Shown: piece by piece, positions 53,819 to 63,591 of the stretch | How positions within the stretch are numbered: the stretch's first letter is position 1 | Layout: each line of letters begins with the position of its first letter | Virus record (IMG/VR): IMGVR_UViG_3300020049_007251 | Reading direction: 5' to 3' (one strand) | Length of the DNA: 64,000 nt | DNA from: an uncultured virus (IMG/VR IMGVR_UViG_3300020049_007251) | Taxonomy: Duplodnaviria; Heunggongvirae; Uroviricota; Caudoviricetes | Notes under the pieces: generated by a model | The model's database searches: none | Told to the model about the DNA's origin: nothing | What the model saw: the letters and a program-made list of their open reading frames with translations, nothing else | Program-made: the position numbers and the translations under genes

Positions 53819-56041
53819 ATGGGCGCATCTTCTCGAGGAGTTGTCAATTTTTCAGCCGGGGAAGTATCTCCTAAGCTTCGCGGCCGATATGATTCCGTCC
53901 CGTACTATGCCGGCCACGAAACGCTTGAAAACGTCTTAGTCACAAATTTCGGATCTGTTTTTCGCACACCCGGGACGAAGCACGTGGCCCGGACAAAATA
54001 CCAAAACAAAGACGCCCGGCTGATTGCGTTCAAATTCTCGCTTGAGCAATCTTATCAAATGGAGTTAGGCGACCTTTATTTCCGATTTTTCCGAAACAGC
54101 GCAAGCATCGTCGAGACAGCAAAGACAATCACCGGGATCACTAAAGCTAACCCTGCGGTGGTGACATCGGGTGCACATGGTTACAGCAACGGCGATTTTG
54201 TCGACATCGATGCGGTTGTTGGCATGACGCAAGTCAACAATAAAAGATTTAAGGTCGCAAACGTCGCGGCTAACACTTTCGAGCTTCAAGATGAGGACGG
54301 GAACAACATCAACAGCTCATCTTATACGACCTATTCAAGCGGCGGGACAGCCGAGCGCGTTTATCAGATTGTTTCGCCTTATCTGGAAACGAACCTTTCA
54401 AGCATTAAGTACACCCAACAAAATGACATCATGTATATTGTCGATGGTGCTCACGCCCCGCAAAAGCTTTCGAGATTAACTGCGACAACGTTCTCGATTG
54501 CCCCGGTCAATTTTGTCGGTGGCCCGTTCTTGCCTGAAAACATCACAGCGACAACGATCACGCCGTCAGCCGACACCGGGACGGGGATCACGTTGACCGC
54601 ATCGGCCGCAACCTTCCAAGCCGGCCACGTTGGCGCGCTTTGGCGCGTGAAAGATGGCGTTGTTAAAATAACCGGATTTACAAGCACGACAATCGTCACC
54701 GGGGACGTTCAGGCCGAAGCAGACGGAACCGCCGGCGATCTTGGAACCGGCCCGGCCGCAACGGACGACTGGGCGGAAGGCGCATGGTCAACCGTTCGAG
54801 GATTCCCGACCGATGTCAAAATCTTCGAACAAAGTTGCTATTACATGGCGACGACATACGAAGGCTTGAAGGTTTGGGGATCTGTCCCGGAAGAATACGA
54901 AAATTTCACGCCCGGGGTAACGGCAAGCGATTCCTTGACATACCGGCTCGGCTCGGCTTCAGCCGATCGGCTTTTGTGGATGTATCCTACGACTTCGATC
55001 ATTATCGGATGCGGATCGGGGCCGTTCACTTTTTCTTCAGTCGGTGATGCTCGCATTTCGCCGGTGAATACTCCGTCGGTTCGTCAGCAGAATGAAAACG
55101 GTTCAAATTCTGTCTCGCCGGTTAGAATCGGGCCGTTTGTTTATTACGTTGAGCGAAACGGGACGATCTTGGGTCAGCTAACGTATTCGCTTGAGACAAA
55201 CAGCTTCGACACTAAAGACATGACCCGCTTGAGCGATCACATTTTGGGTGATGGTGTCGTCGATTTGGCAATTCAAAACTATCCGAACAATATTCTTTGG
55301 GCTTTGAGATCCGACGGTGTTTTGGCTACGCTTGCGCGCGAAGTCGAGGACAATATCAGATCATGGACTCGTCAAGTATTCGCCGGCACAGCGGCGGCCG
55401 TAAAGAGCGTTTCTACAAATCCAAACGGGAAAGAAGATCAGGTTTGGTTTATCGTCAACCGCACAATTAATAGCGCGACGCGGCGATATATTGAATACAT
55501 GATGCCGCACGAAATCGGTGAGCAAGAAGATTTGTTTTTCGTTCAAAGCGGGCTAACTTATGACGGCTCGCCGGTAACGACATTGACAAACTTAGATCAC
55601 CTTGAAGGGCAATCGGTTCAGATATTGGCTGACGGCGCTGTTCATCCGAATCGAACAGTCACAGCCGGGGCGATAACGCTCGATTATGCCGCTTCCGTCG
55701 TGCAAGTCGGCCTTGGGTATGATTCAACGATAAAAACAATGGATTTGGAAGGTGCAAGCTTCAGCGGCACTTCACAAACCAAAGTCACGCACATCGGAAA
55801 AGTATCTTTGCGCTTTCTTGACACGCTTGGATGCAAATTTGGTGACGGGGTAACGATGGACACTATACCTTTTCGCACGTCATCGATGCCAATGAATCAG
55901 CCGCCAACAATTTTCACCGGCGACAAAGAAGTGCAATTCCCTTCGGGGCATGTAAAGAATAAACACATTGTTATCAAACAGACGCAACCGCTTCCACTTC
56001 ATTTGCTCGGAATATTCCCGCGCATGATGGTTGCGGACTAA
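53819..56041 (+). CDS. Tail tubular protein B/nozzle (gp12-like)
   Basis: NF.AGE.SP...GR.D, GAWS..RGFP, HLEG..V..LADG, VGL.Y, Q..PLP. Confidence 0.88.
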   Translation: MGASSRGVVNFSAGEVSPKLRGRYDSVPYYAGHETLENVLVTNFGSVFRTPGTKHVARTKYQNKDARLIAFKFSLEQSYQMELGDLYFRFFRNSASIVETAKTITGITKANPAVVTSGAHGYSNGDFVDIDAVVGMTQVNNKRFKVANVAANTFELQDEDGNNINSSSYTTYSSGGTAERVYQIVSPYLETNLSSIKYTQQNDIMYIVDGAHAPQKLSRLTATTFSIAPVNFVGGPFLPENITATTITPSADTGTGITLTASAATFQAGHVGALWRVKDGVVKITGFTSTTIVTGDVQAEADGTAGDLGTGPAATDDWAEGAWSTVRGFPTDVKIFEQSCYYMATTYEGLKVWGSVPEEYENFTPGVTASDSLTYRLGSASADRLLWMYPTTSIIIGCGSGPFTFSSVGDARISPVNTPSVRQQNENGSNSVSPVRIGPFVYYVERNGTILGQLTYSLETNSFDTKDMTRLSDHILGDGVVDLAIQNYPNNILWALRSDGVLATLAREVEDNIRSWTRQVFAGTAAAVKSVSTNPNGKEDQVWFIVNRTINSATRRYIEYMMPHEIGEQEDLFFVQSGLTYDGSPVTTLTNLDHLEGQSVQILADGAVHPNRTVTAGAITLDYAASVVQVGLGYDSTIKTMDLEGASFSGTSQTKVTHIGKVSLRFLDTLGCKFGDGVTMDTIPFRTSSMPMNQPPTIFTGDKEVQFPSGHVKNKHIVIKQTQPLPLHLLGIFPRMMVAD

Positions 56042-56052
56042 AGGAAAATCTT

Positions 56053-56580
56053 ATGGTTAATATTCCGCTTCTTGCAAGTTCCGGGACAAAAGGGCTCAAA
56101 ACGCTTGGCGATGTGACAGGGGATTTGAGTCTCGGGAAAGCGTATGACCTAAACGCCGGGCTTTTGGATATGTCAGCCGATGGCGTTATCGCGGCCGGTG
56201 ATCGTCAGGCCGAGAACATCGAAGAACAGGGAGCGAAATTTGTTTCTTATCAACGAGCACTTTACGCAAAAAGCGGCGTCACAATGGAAGGCTCCCCGAT
56301 GGACGTCTTGGTCGACACCGAAAGAACAATTCGCCTTGATATTTTATCGACAAAGTTAAACGCGGCGCAAAAATCAAACGACATTCGCTTCGAAGCCTTG
56401 CAATATCGTTTAGCGGCCGGCAATCAGCGCGTGAAGGCGATGCAAGACTTAAATCGCGGCATCTTGGAGATAGGAACGGACGTGGGGCTTTCGCAGTATG
56501 GCAAAAACAAAGGAACCGTTAAGGGAACCGGCAAGACACAGAGCCAAATTTTAGGATTTAATACGAGGGAATATACCTAA
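56053..56580 (+). CDS. Internal virion/ejection protein (gp14-like)
   Basis: QRA.YAKSGV...GSP..V; position after nozzle. Confidence 0.65.
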   Translation: MVNIPLLASSGTKGLKTLGDVTGDLSLGKAYDLNAGLLDMSADGVIAAGDRQAENIEEQGAKFVSYQRALYAKSGVTMEGSPMDVLVDTERTIRLDILSTKLNAAQKSNDIRFEALQYRLAAGNQRVKAMQDLNRGILEIGTDVGLSQYGKNKGTVKGTGKTQSQILGFNTREYT

Positions 56581-58046
56581 TGAGAATACCACAAGCCACA
56601 AGACAGGTCGATATAAACGCCCCGCAGACACAGAAAATCTCGACGGGGCTTTTTCCGTCAGGAGCTCCGATTCGCGAAGTCGCCGAAGTGCTCGACACCG
56701 CAAACAAGAAATTTAAACAGCTTGAGGACTTGACTCAAGTAACCGGCGCGCACACCGAGATTATTCGTAAACTCGACACGATTCAGGCGGAAGCTCGAAA
56801 AGACTCTGACATATACAACCCAAATAAATATCAGGACACAATCGACCAAGCTATATCCGAGCACGTCAATACGATCACCGATCCAGAACTAAAGATCAAG
56901 GCGGCTTCGCAATTTCAGTCAGCAGGATATTCGGCTTGGAATAATATCAACAGCGATTTCCGCCGCCGGCAGATCGAGAACTCACAGAATAAGCTCTTTG
57001 ATTGGATGGGAACCGCTCAAAATCAATATTCACAGACTTCCGACCCTGTTATGAAGCAAGACTTGCTGACTCAAGCCGACGCAATTATCGACGGTCACGT
57101 TGAGTCGGGCGTTTTAAGCGCAGAGCAGGCCCGGGCCATGAAAAAGGACAAAACGACAAATTGGGCGAAGGCTGAAGTCATGTTTGACGCTCAAACCAAC
57201 CCGGATTTTGCATTAAAAAAGATCAATGAAGGGCAATATCCCGCTATTGACAACGTAGTCGAAAAAGACAATCTGATTCAGACGATTACGAACATGAAAG
57301 AGCGGCGCATCAAAGAATCGCAAGAATCGCTGAAACTTAGCCGCATCGAAAATGAGTCGAATGTCGTAAAAGGATTGGCAGAAGGGAAGCTTTTAAATGC
57401 TTCTCTCGAGCAAATCAATCAAATGGATGTGAATGGCGAAATCAGCTTTAAATTTGCTCAATCTTGGCGGGCATTGGTCACAAGTCCAAAAGCGGTCGAT
57501 CAAAACATGCTCGATGATGACGAAAAGCTATTTTATAAGCACGTTGCTGATATTTTGGGCTCCCCGGACAAAGAAAAAGTCAATGCCAAGATCACCGAAG
57601 TCATGGACGACAGCGCAAACGGCAGGCTTTCACGTGAAAATTTGACCTTGCTTTTAAAGGCATCATTGGAACAGGGACGCGGATCATCCGAGAAAAGCAC
57701 AAAGACCAAGGGCGTATTGGAAAGCTTTTCTTCTTGGGTTGGTTCATCGCTTCGTGGTGACAAGAAGAAGCCGGCAATCGAAGGCGGCCGAGCAATTATT
57801 GAAGCTCATATTCAGGGGCAAGATACGCGCGCGGCGGCCGATAATGCCATGAAAGCGGCAATCGTAGGCGAACACCCGGAAGCCGCAATGCAGACCGACA
57901 TCCCGAATATGGTTGTCGGCCCGGATAGCAACGTAAGATTTGTTTTTCCGCGCGAAACAAACGTCACACCGCGTCGGATATACAATTCAGCAACCGGCAA
58001 GCTTGAAGTAAATCAGCAAGTTAATCAGGGTGCGTATAAAAAATGA
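56580..58046 (+). CDS. Internal virion/ejection protein (gp15-like position)
   Basis: MRIP start, helical; position. Confidence 0.55.
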   Translation: MRIPQATRQVDINAPQTQKISTGLFPSGAPIREVAEVLDTANKKFKQLEDLTQVTGAHTEIIRKLDTIQAEARKDSDIYNPNKYQDTIDQAISEHVNTITDPELKIKAASQFQSAGYSAWNNINSDFRRRQIENSQNKLFDWMGTAQNQYSQTSDPVMKQDLLTQADAIIDGHVESGVLSAEQARAMKKDKTTNWAKAEVMFDAQTNPDFALKKINEGQYPAIDNVVEKDNLIQTITNMKERRIKESQESLKLSRIENESNVVKGLAEGKLLNASLEQINQMDVNGEISFKFAQSWRALVTSPKAVDQNMLDDDEKLFYKHVADILGSPDKEKVNAKITEVMDDSANGRLSRENLTLLLKASLEQGRGSSEKSTKTKGVLESFSSWVGSSLRGDKKKPAIEGGRAIIEAHIQGQDTRAAADNAMKAAIVGEHPEAAMQTDIPNMVVGPDSNVRFVFPRETNVTPRRIYNSATGKLEVNQQVNQGAYKK

Positions 58047-60688
58047 ATAATGTCTTAGTGAAATCCACAAATGAAGTCATCGGATTCGAAGATAGTGTCT
58101 CTATCGACGAAATTCAAAAGATTATCAGCAACGATCAGAACGGGACGATCTCGGCATATAAGCCGTCATTCTATGACCGCGCTTTTCGTGAACCGATGCG
58201 AAAGCTTGGCGCGGATTTTGCGCAACCAAAATTTATCTCGGAGCCGCCCAAGAGCTTCGAGGAAATCATAAAACCACTCAAAACGGCCGGGTGGAACCTT
58301 CTCGCAGGCGTTGAAAGCGGAACAATCGCTTTAAATAAAGTTTTCATGCTCGATAAAATACCGGCGATTAAGGCTTCGCTCGATCAATCTCAAAAGGGGA
58401 TCGATGTCATCAATGAAATGAGCAAGACCGAAAACAAGAGCGCGGCTTTTGCAAATCAATTCATGGCGCAGATCGGCGCATTTGTCCCCACGCTACCTTC
58501 AGACATGGCTTTAGGTGGAATCACAAGGACGACGTTATTGACAAGATTCCCGGCCGCCTTACAGCCGTATTTGAGTAGAATCCCGGATTTTGCGATAGGG
58601 ATGGGCGAGAAGGCTTTTGTCAGCGAAGCGCAAAAAGGCGAGTCAGTTGCGAAGCCTTTTGAATCGGGCGCAGAATCAATGGCAATCGGGACGCTCTTTG
58701 GTGTCGCCAACACAATCCCGCGAATGACCGCGCTTGGTGTTGCTGAAGCAAATTATAACGCAATCAAAGAAAATCGATTGGCAAGTGGCGAAGAAATGCT
58801 AACCGGCGCGGCAAATGGTGCGGCTTTCGGCATCGTATTTAAAGCAGTAGAACACCTTCATTCTATCGGGGACAATTCCGCGATTGAGCCGTATTATCAG
58901 CGCATGGCAAGCGCAATGGAAAAAGGCGACATCGTTGGGCTTAAAAAAGAATATGATTCAATGCTTTCAAGCGACACTTTATCGAAAAAGCAAAAAGTTG
59001 ATCTAAAGGAAGTATTTGATAGCTCGGTCAAGGGATATTCCGAGACGCACAATAAAGATTTTCAGCTTTTAATGAGCCTTTCGTCGGCAAGCCATATTTT
59101 AAAGCTCACTGGCGATCAGCCGGCCGTCCGCGAAGGAATGCTTTCGCAAGTCCAAAGCCTTGTCACCGGCTACCTAAAATCCAAAACTCCGAACATGGCA
59201 AATTCGACCGCTATTCAGGCTTCAAAAGAATTGATCGAGATCGAAGCGCAAAGAGTCGTATCGGAGCCTTTAGGCGAAAGCATTACGAAGATTTTATCTC
59301 GCGGCGATGATGTCCGTAACCGGGCGAACAAAGGGAAAATGTCCGAGCCCGAGATTAAACAGCAATTCAATGACCCGAACGCCGTAGAAACGCTTGATTA
59401 CTTAGCGCAATATATGTCCCCAAAGGCGGTCGCTTCGATGTCAGGTCAAGAACGCCTTCAAATGGCAAACGGCCCTTGGCAGAATCTGCGGGATTATGAA
59501 GCAAATTTTCAAGTAAGACAGGCGGCTCGCCAAGAAGAAGCAATCGCTCGGGCAACACGCGAGCAAGAATCTTTAAGAAAATCGGCCGCCGATCGCGCCG
59601 CTGACGAAGTTCAAGTTGCAAACGCTGAAGGCGAAGGCATGATTACGCGCCAACCGTCAGACTTGCAGATCGTTTTGAGCTCACCGGCCGCAACGTCAAA
59701 ACTCGTTGAGAACATCGCCAAGGCCGTAATCGAGCAACCGAAGGCAAAAGAGCAGGCAAAAAGCGAGATCGTTAAGCCAAGCGAAGATTTGCAGGGGAAA
59801 CCGGGCATTGTAGAGAAGATTTCAGAGCCCAAAACGCTTGAAGAATTCCAGACTGTTATCCGAAGCGGAAACAAGAAGATCAATTTGACCGAAGAAGCGG
59901 TCGGATTCGGGGAAAGAAATAAAAACACGCCCGGAATCGTTGAACAGTTGACGGCGGCCCGCAAGGAAGCACAAAAACGCGCTGACGATAGCGGAAACGC
60001 TCAAGCTCAGACTGAAGCACAGCTTTTCAATGAAGCGATCAAGGGGGCGGAAGGAAAATTAACCGTTCAGGGGATTCGTGATACTCGCGCAAAATACTTA
60101 TCCACAGGAAAGCCACAGACAGTTAATATCTCCCCGGTTGAAGGCGTAGGAGAAACGAAAACGCGCGGATTGTCGCAAGGTGTTGAGGAGAAAGCGATCG
60201 CCAAGAAATTGACTGAAAATTTTGGTGATTTGCCGCAATACAAAAGTGTTTCTATGGAAGATCAGGCGGCTCGAGCAAACGATCTTTTAATAAAAGACCC
60301 GGCGAAAGCAAAGCGAATCGCGATGGGTCAAGAAATTCCACCTGAAGGATTGTTGCCTGAAAGCGTCTTTGTCGCCTTAGAAAACAAAGCGATAGCGCAG
60401 GGCGACGTCGCAACATTGCGCGACCTTGCCACAGCTTCCGGGCTGACCGCAGAAGCGACGACGATGGGGCAAAGACTTAGGACATTAGCCGAGCGTGAGC
60501 CCGATTCTCCCGTTTCAGCGATCATGGAAGTTGCCAAGGCCCGCGAGGATGCGGCGGTCAAAAAGACTAAAACCAAGGATATTAAAAAAGCCAAGGAGAA
60601 AATCGTCAATGAAGTTAAATCTGAAATTAAGAAAACCGCCCCGACGAAAAAGGATTGGGACTCTTTCATCCGGGGCTTGGAATGTTGA
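58043..60688 (+). CDS. Large internal virion/ejection protein, part 1
   Basis: 881 aa, helical with hydrophobic Gly/Ala segments; position. Confidence 0.55.
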   Translation: MNNVLVKSTNEVIGFEDSVSIDEIQKIISNDQNGTISAYKPSFYDRAFREPMRKLGADFAQPKFISEPPKSFEEIIKPLKTAGWNLLAGVESGTIALNKVFMLDKIPAIKASLDQSQKGIDVINEMSKTENKSAAFANQFMAQIGAFVPTLPSDMALGGITRTTLLTRFPAALQPYLSRIPDFAIGMGEKAFVSEAQKGESVAKPFESGAESMAIGTLFGVANTIPRMTALGVAEANYNAIKENRLASGEEMLTGAANGAAFGIVFKAVEHLHSIGDNSAIEPYYQRMASAMEKGDIVGLKKEYDSMLSSDTLSKKQKVDLKEVFDSSVKGYSETHNKDFQLLMSLSSASHILKLTGDQPAVREGMLSQVQSLVTGYLKSKTPNMANSTAIQASKELIEIEAQRVVSEPLGESITKILSRGDDVRNRANKGKMSEPEIKQQFNDPNAVETLDYLAQYMSPKAVASMSGQERLQMANGPWQNLRDYEANFQVRQAARQEEAIARATREQESLRKSAADRAADEVQVANAEGEGMITRQPSDLQIVLSSPAATSKLVENIAKAVIEQPKAKEQAKSEIVKPSEDLQGKPGIVEKISEPKTLEEFQTVIRSGNKKINLTEEAVGFGERNKNTPGIVEQLTAARKEAQKRADDSGNAQAQTEAQLFNEAIKGAEGKLTVQGIRDTRAKYLSTGKPQTVNISPVEGVGETKTRGLSQGVEEKAIAKKLTENFGDLPQYKSVSMEDQAARANDLLIKDPAKAKRIAMGQEIPPEGLLPESVFVALENKAIAQGDVATLRDLATASGLTAEATTMGQRLRTLAEREPDSPVSAIMEVAKAREDAAVKKTKTKDIKKAKEKIVNEVKSEIKKTAPTKKDWDSFIRGLEC

Positions 60689-60706
60689 AAAAATGGGAGA
60701 TAATTA

Positions 60707-62359
60707 GTGTTTTGTCTAAATAAAAATTTAACATCAGATTTCATGAAGAAGCTCAAGAGTGGCGAAATCGACCCGGCAAAATTAGTCGAAATGACGTCAC
60801 AGGAACGCCGTGACTTCTTTTCGAAATTCCTCGGGGAAGAAAATGCCCGTCAGGTCAATGCGCTTTTTGAAAGCAAATTGCTTTTAAAGAATCAACAGCA
60901 GGGAATCATCACATGGGCGAAGAAGGTCGCCGGCATCACGAAAGAAGCCGAGAAAGACATTCTCTCCCGGGTTGATCGCATGACTGAAGTTCTTCAGCCG
61001 AAAGACATGGACAAATTTCTGGAAGATTTGGCCGCGCAGAAATTGGGCGTCGGCGTGACAATGCAAGAAGCCGGCAAGATCGCAGAGCTCGCAAAGTCAG
61101 CGTCAACCAAGAAAGAATCGATCCCGGAAAGTGCTTCGATCGGAAGTGATGTTCGTCTTGCATACGGCCGAGCCCGGGTTGCGTTCGATAACTATGTCAG
61201 CGAATTAAAAGCAAACGTGAAAAAGCCGATCACGGTCGGCGGCGCAATATCAGGAACCGCCGGGCTTGCGAAATCTTTGAAAGCGTCGCTTGATAATAGC
61301 GTTATCGGTCGCCAAGGCCTGAAAGTATTATTCACGAATCCTAAAATATGGGCCAAGAATTCCGCGCAAACGTTTGTCGATATTTTTAACACATATAAAG
61401 GCCGTGAAGTCATCGACGAAGTGAAAGCCGACGTTTTGTCACGTCCGAATGCGATCAATGGACTCTATAAAAAAGAAAAGCTTGCCGTAGGCGTCACCGA
61501 AGAAGCTTTCCCGACGGCTTTGCCTGAAAAAATCCCGTATCTTGGAAGATTATTCAAGGGATCGCAGGCCGCTTTTACCGCTTTCCAATATCGTACAAGA
61601 GCAGATGTCTTTGACAAATATGTCGAGATCGCCAAGAAGTCGGGCGGCGACATTGAAGGCATTGGATTACTCGCTAATTCTCTGACAGGGCGCGGAAACA
61701 TCGGGCCTTTGGAACCTTCCGCGCAGGCGGTTAATAATATTTTCTTTTCTCCGCGTTTGCTTAAAAGCAATATTGACGCTTTAACCGGCCACGTTGCCGA
61801 TTACGGAAAAATGGGGACGTTCGCAAAGAAGCAGGCGGCAATCAATACGCTTAAAATTATCACCGGCGTCGCAACAATCTTGGCAATCGCAAAAGCGATC
61901 GACCCGGACAGCGTTGACTTCGATCCTCGCGGCGCAAACTTCGGAAAGATCCGCGTCAATGATACCCGTTTTGATGTCAGTGGCGGCATGTCCGCAATTG
62001 TTATTCTCGCTTCACGTTTAGCGACGCAATCTTCAAAAAGTAGCGTCACAAATAAAGTGACAAAATTGAATTCCGGGAAATTTGGCGCAAAGTCCGGGAC
62101 GGATGTCATTTATAACTTTTTTGAAAACAAGTTGTCGCCTGCGGCGGCAGTTCTAAAAGACCTTTTGAAAGGTAGCGACTTCTCCGGGAATAAGCCAACG
62201 CTCATGAATGAAGCGAAGAATCTTTTGCTACCGCTTCCGATTAATACTTTTATCGAATTACAAAGCAACCCAAATTCAGCAAATATCATCGTCGCCATGA
62301 TCGCCGACGCTTTAGGGATTTCTGTCAATACGTACTCGGGAAAAACAAAGAAAGATTAA
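60707..62359 (+). CDS. Large internal virion/ejection protein, part 2
   Basis: GTG start with GGGAG RBS; D.S..GRQG, N..TGRG, FFSPR, DPR..NFGKI...TR.D..GG. Confidence 0.6.
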   Translation: MFCLNKNLTSDFMKKLKSGEIDPAKLVEMTSQERRDFFSKFLGEENARQVNALFESKLLLKNQQQGIITWAKKVAGITKEAEKDILSRVDRMTEVLQPKDMDKFLEDLAAQKLGVGVTMQEAGKIAELAKSASTKKESIPESASIGSDVRLAYGRARVAFDNYVSELKANVKKPITVGGAISGTAGLAKSLKASLDNSVIGRQGLKVLFTNPKIWAKNSAQTFVDIFNTYKGREVIDEVKADVLSRPNAINGLYKKEKLAVGVTEEAFPTALPEKIPYLGRLFKGSQAAFTAFQYRTRADVFDKYVEIAKKSGGDIEGIGLLANSLTGRGNIGPLEPSAQAVNNIFFSPRLLKSNIDALTGHVADYGKMGTFAKKQAAINTLKIITGVATILAIAKAIDPDSVDFDPRGANFGKIRVNDTRFDVSGGMSAIVILASRLATQSSKSSVTNKVTKLNSGKFGAKSGTDVIYNFFENKLSPAAAVLKDLLKGSDFSGNKPTLMNEAKNLLLPLPINTFIELQSNPNSANIIVAMIADALGISVNTYSGKTKKD

Positions 62360-62371
62360 AGGAGATTTAAA

Positions 62372-63274
62372 ATGACGCTATCAAGTTCAGTGAATAAGGT
62401 TATTTATACCGGGAACGGCTCGACGGCAACTTATGCCTACACATTCAAAATACTTGACGAAGAAGATTTGATCGTCACTCGGGTCGTGATTGCGACGGGA
62501 GTTGAAACGGATCAGGTTTTGACGACCGACTACACAGTCACCGGCGTAGGGAATCCGAGCGGCGGGAATGTTATTTTAGTCGCCGGGAATCTTCCGTCGA
62601 CGCAGAAGCTTGTCGTTCGCCGCGTTGTCGACATGATTCAAGAAGTCGATTATGTCGAGAACGATCCTTTCCCTGCGGAAACACACGAAGAAGCCCTCGA
62701 TCGCTTAACGATGATGTGCCAACAATTACAGGAACAAGTCGACCGTAGTGTTCAAGTTGGATTGACTGGAACAGTTCAAACCGCTGAAGAATTATCGGCG
62801 GCAATCGCGGACGCGCAAGCGGCGGCAACAGCGGCGGCGGCAAGTGCATCATCGGCGTCATCTTCGGCGTCATCGGCTTCAAGCTCCGCAAGTACAGCGA
62901 CGACACAGGCCGGCAATGCGGCAACAAGCGCGGCGGCGGCATCAGCGAGCGCGGCGGCGGCGGCATCAGCGGCGGCATTATCCGGGCTAGGGACTCGCAC
63001 GACGGGTTATTCAACGAATACGGCATATCTTGCGGCGACCGATCTTTTTGTCATGGCAATTGGTTCTTTCGGCTCCGGGACAAAAGGGGCTTCGAGCATT
63101 GACGGAATCGCAGATTCAAACGCGAGTCCTTCGACCCGCAGGGCTTACGTAGAGAACTCGACAAATGGATATTACGGATCAATATGTTTCCCCGTTAAAA
63201 AGGGCGAGTATTGGAAAGTCGAATATACCAATATGGGGAATGAAAGCATTCAAACCATCACACTTGGAACCTAA
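62372..63274 (+). CDS. Tail fibre with T7 gp17-like N-terminal attachment domain
   Basis: Y.GNG....Y.F, DYTV.G, E..LD.LTM..QQ; Ala/Ser-rich stalk; FPVKKGEYW tip. Confidence 0.85.
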   Translation: MTLSSSVNKVIYTGNGSTATYAYTFKILDEEDLIVTRVVIATGVETDQVLTTDYTVTGVGNPSGGNVILVAGNLPSTQKLVVRRVVDMIQEVDYVENDPFPAETHEEALDRLTMMCQQLQEQVDRSVQVGLTGTVQTAEELSAAIADAQAAATAAAASASSASSSASSASSSASTATTQAGNAATSAAAASASAAAAASAAALSGLGTRTTGYSTNTAYLAATDLFVMAIGSFGSGTKGASSIDGIADSNASPSTRRAYVENSTNGYYGSICFPVKKGEYWKVEYTNMGNESIQTITLGT

Positions 63275-63289
63275 GAAGGGGGATTAAAA

Positions 63290-63490
63290 ATGTTCAAAAG
63301 AAAAGAAGCAAAACTGATTCAGGTATTCGCGATGATCGTCTTTCTTGCGGTCGTCACGGTGAGCGTCAAGGCGTTCGCAAAATATGAATCATCGTCGGAA
63401 GATGTCAAGCCGGTAGTCCTTTATGGAAATTATCTCGGCAATATTTTGCCGTTAAAAGTCGACGTAAATGGAGTTATTCAAACCAATTAA
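63290..63490 (+). CDS. Small secreted protein (signal peptide plus 36-aa module)
   Basis: ...FLAVVTVSVKAFA-KYESSSED..V.YG.Y....PLKV. Confidence 0.6.
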   Translation: MFKRKEAKLIQVFAMIVFLAVVTVSVKAFAKYESSSEDVKPVVLYGNYLGNILPLKVDVNGVIQTN

Positions 63491-63591
63491 GGGGGGGAAG
63501 ATGAAGAAGTTTATTTTGTTATTGTTGTTAGTCTTAGGGCAGATTTTAGCAACGTCGGCGTTCGCAAAATATGAATCATCGTCGGAAGATG
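63370..63591 (+). repeat. Exact 35-bp direct repeat across two signal-peptide cleavage sites
   Basis: GGCGTTCGCAAAATATGAATCATCGTCGGAAGATG at 63370-63404 and 63557-63591. Confidence 0.95.

Noticed and set aside
62790..62985. GCGGCA/TCGGCG-rich repeats
   Set aside because: They encode the common Ala/Ser stalk of phage tail fibres.
63370..63591. Diversity-generating retroelement (suggested by the BPP-1-like structural module and a repeat near tail genes)
   Set aside because: Repeat is short, exact and N-terminal with no adenine-specific mismatches, and there is no reverse transcriptase in the window.
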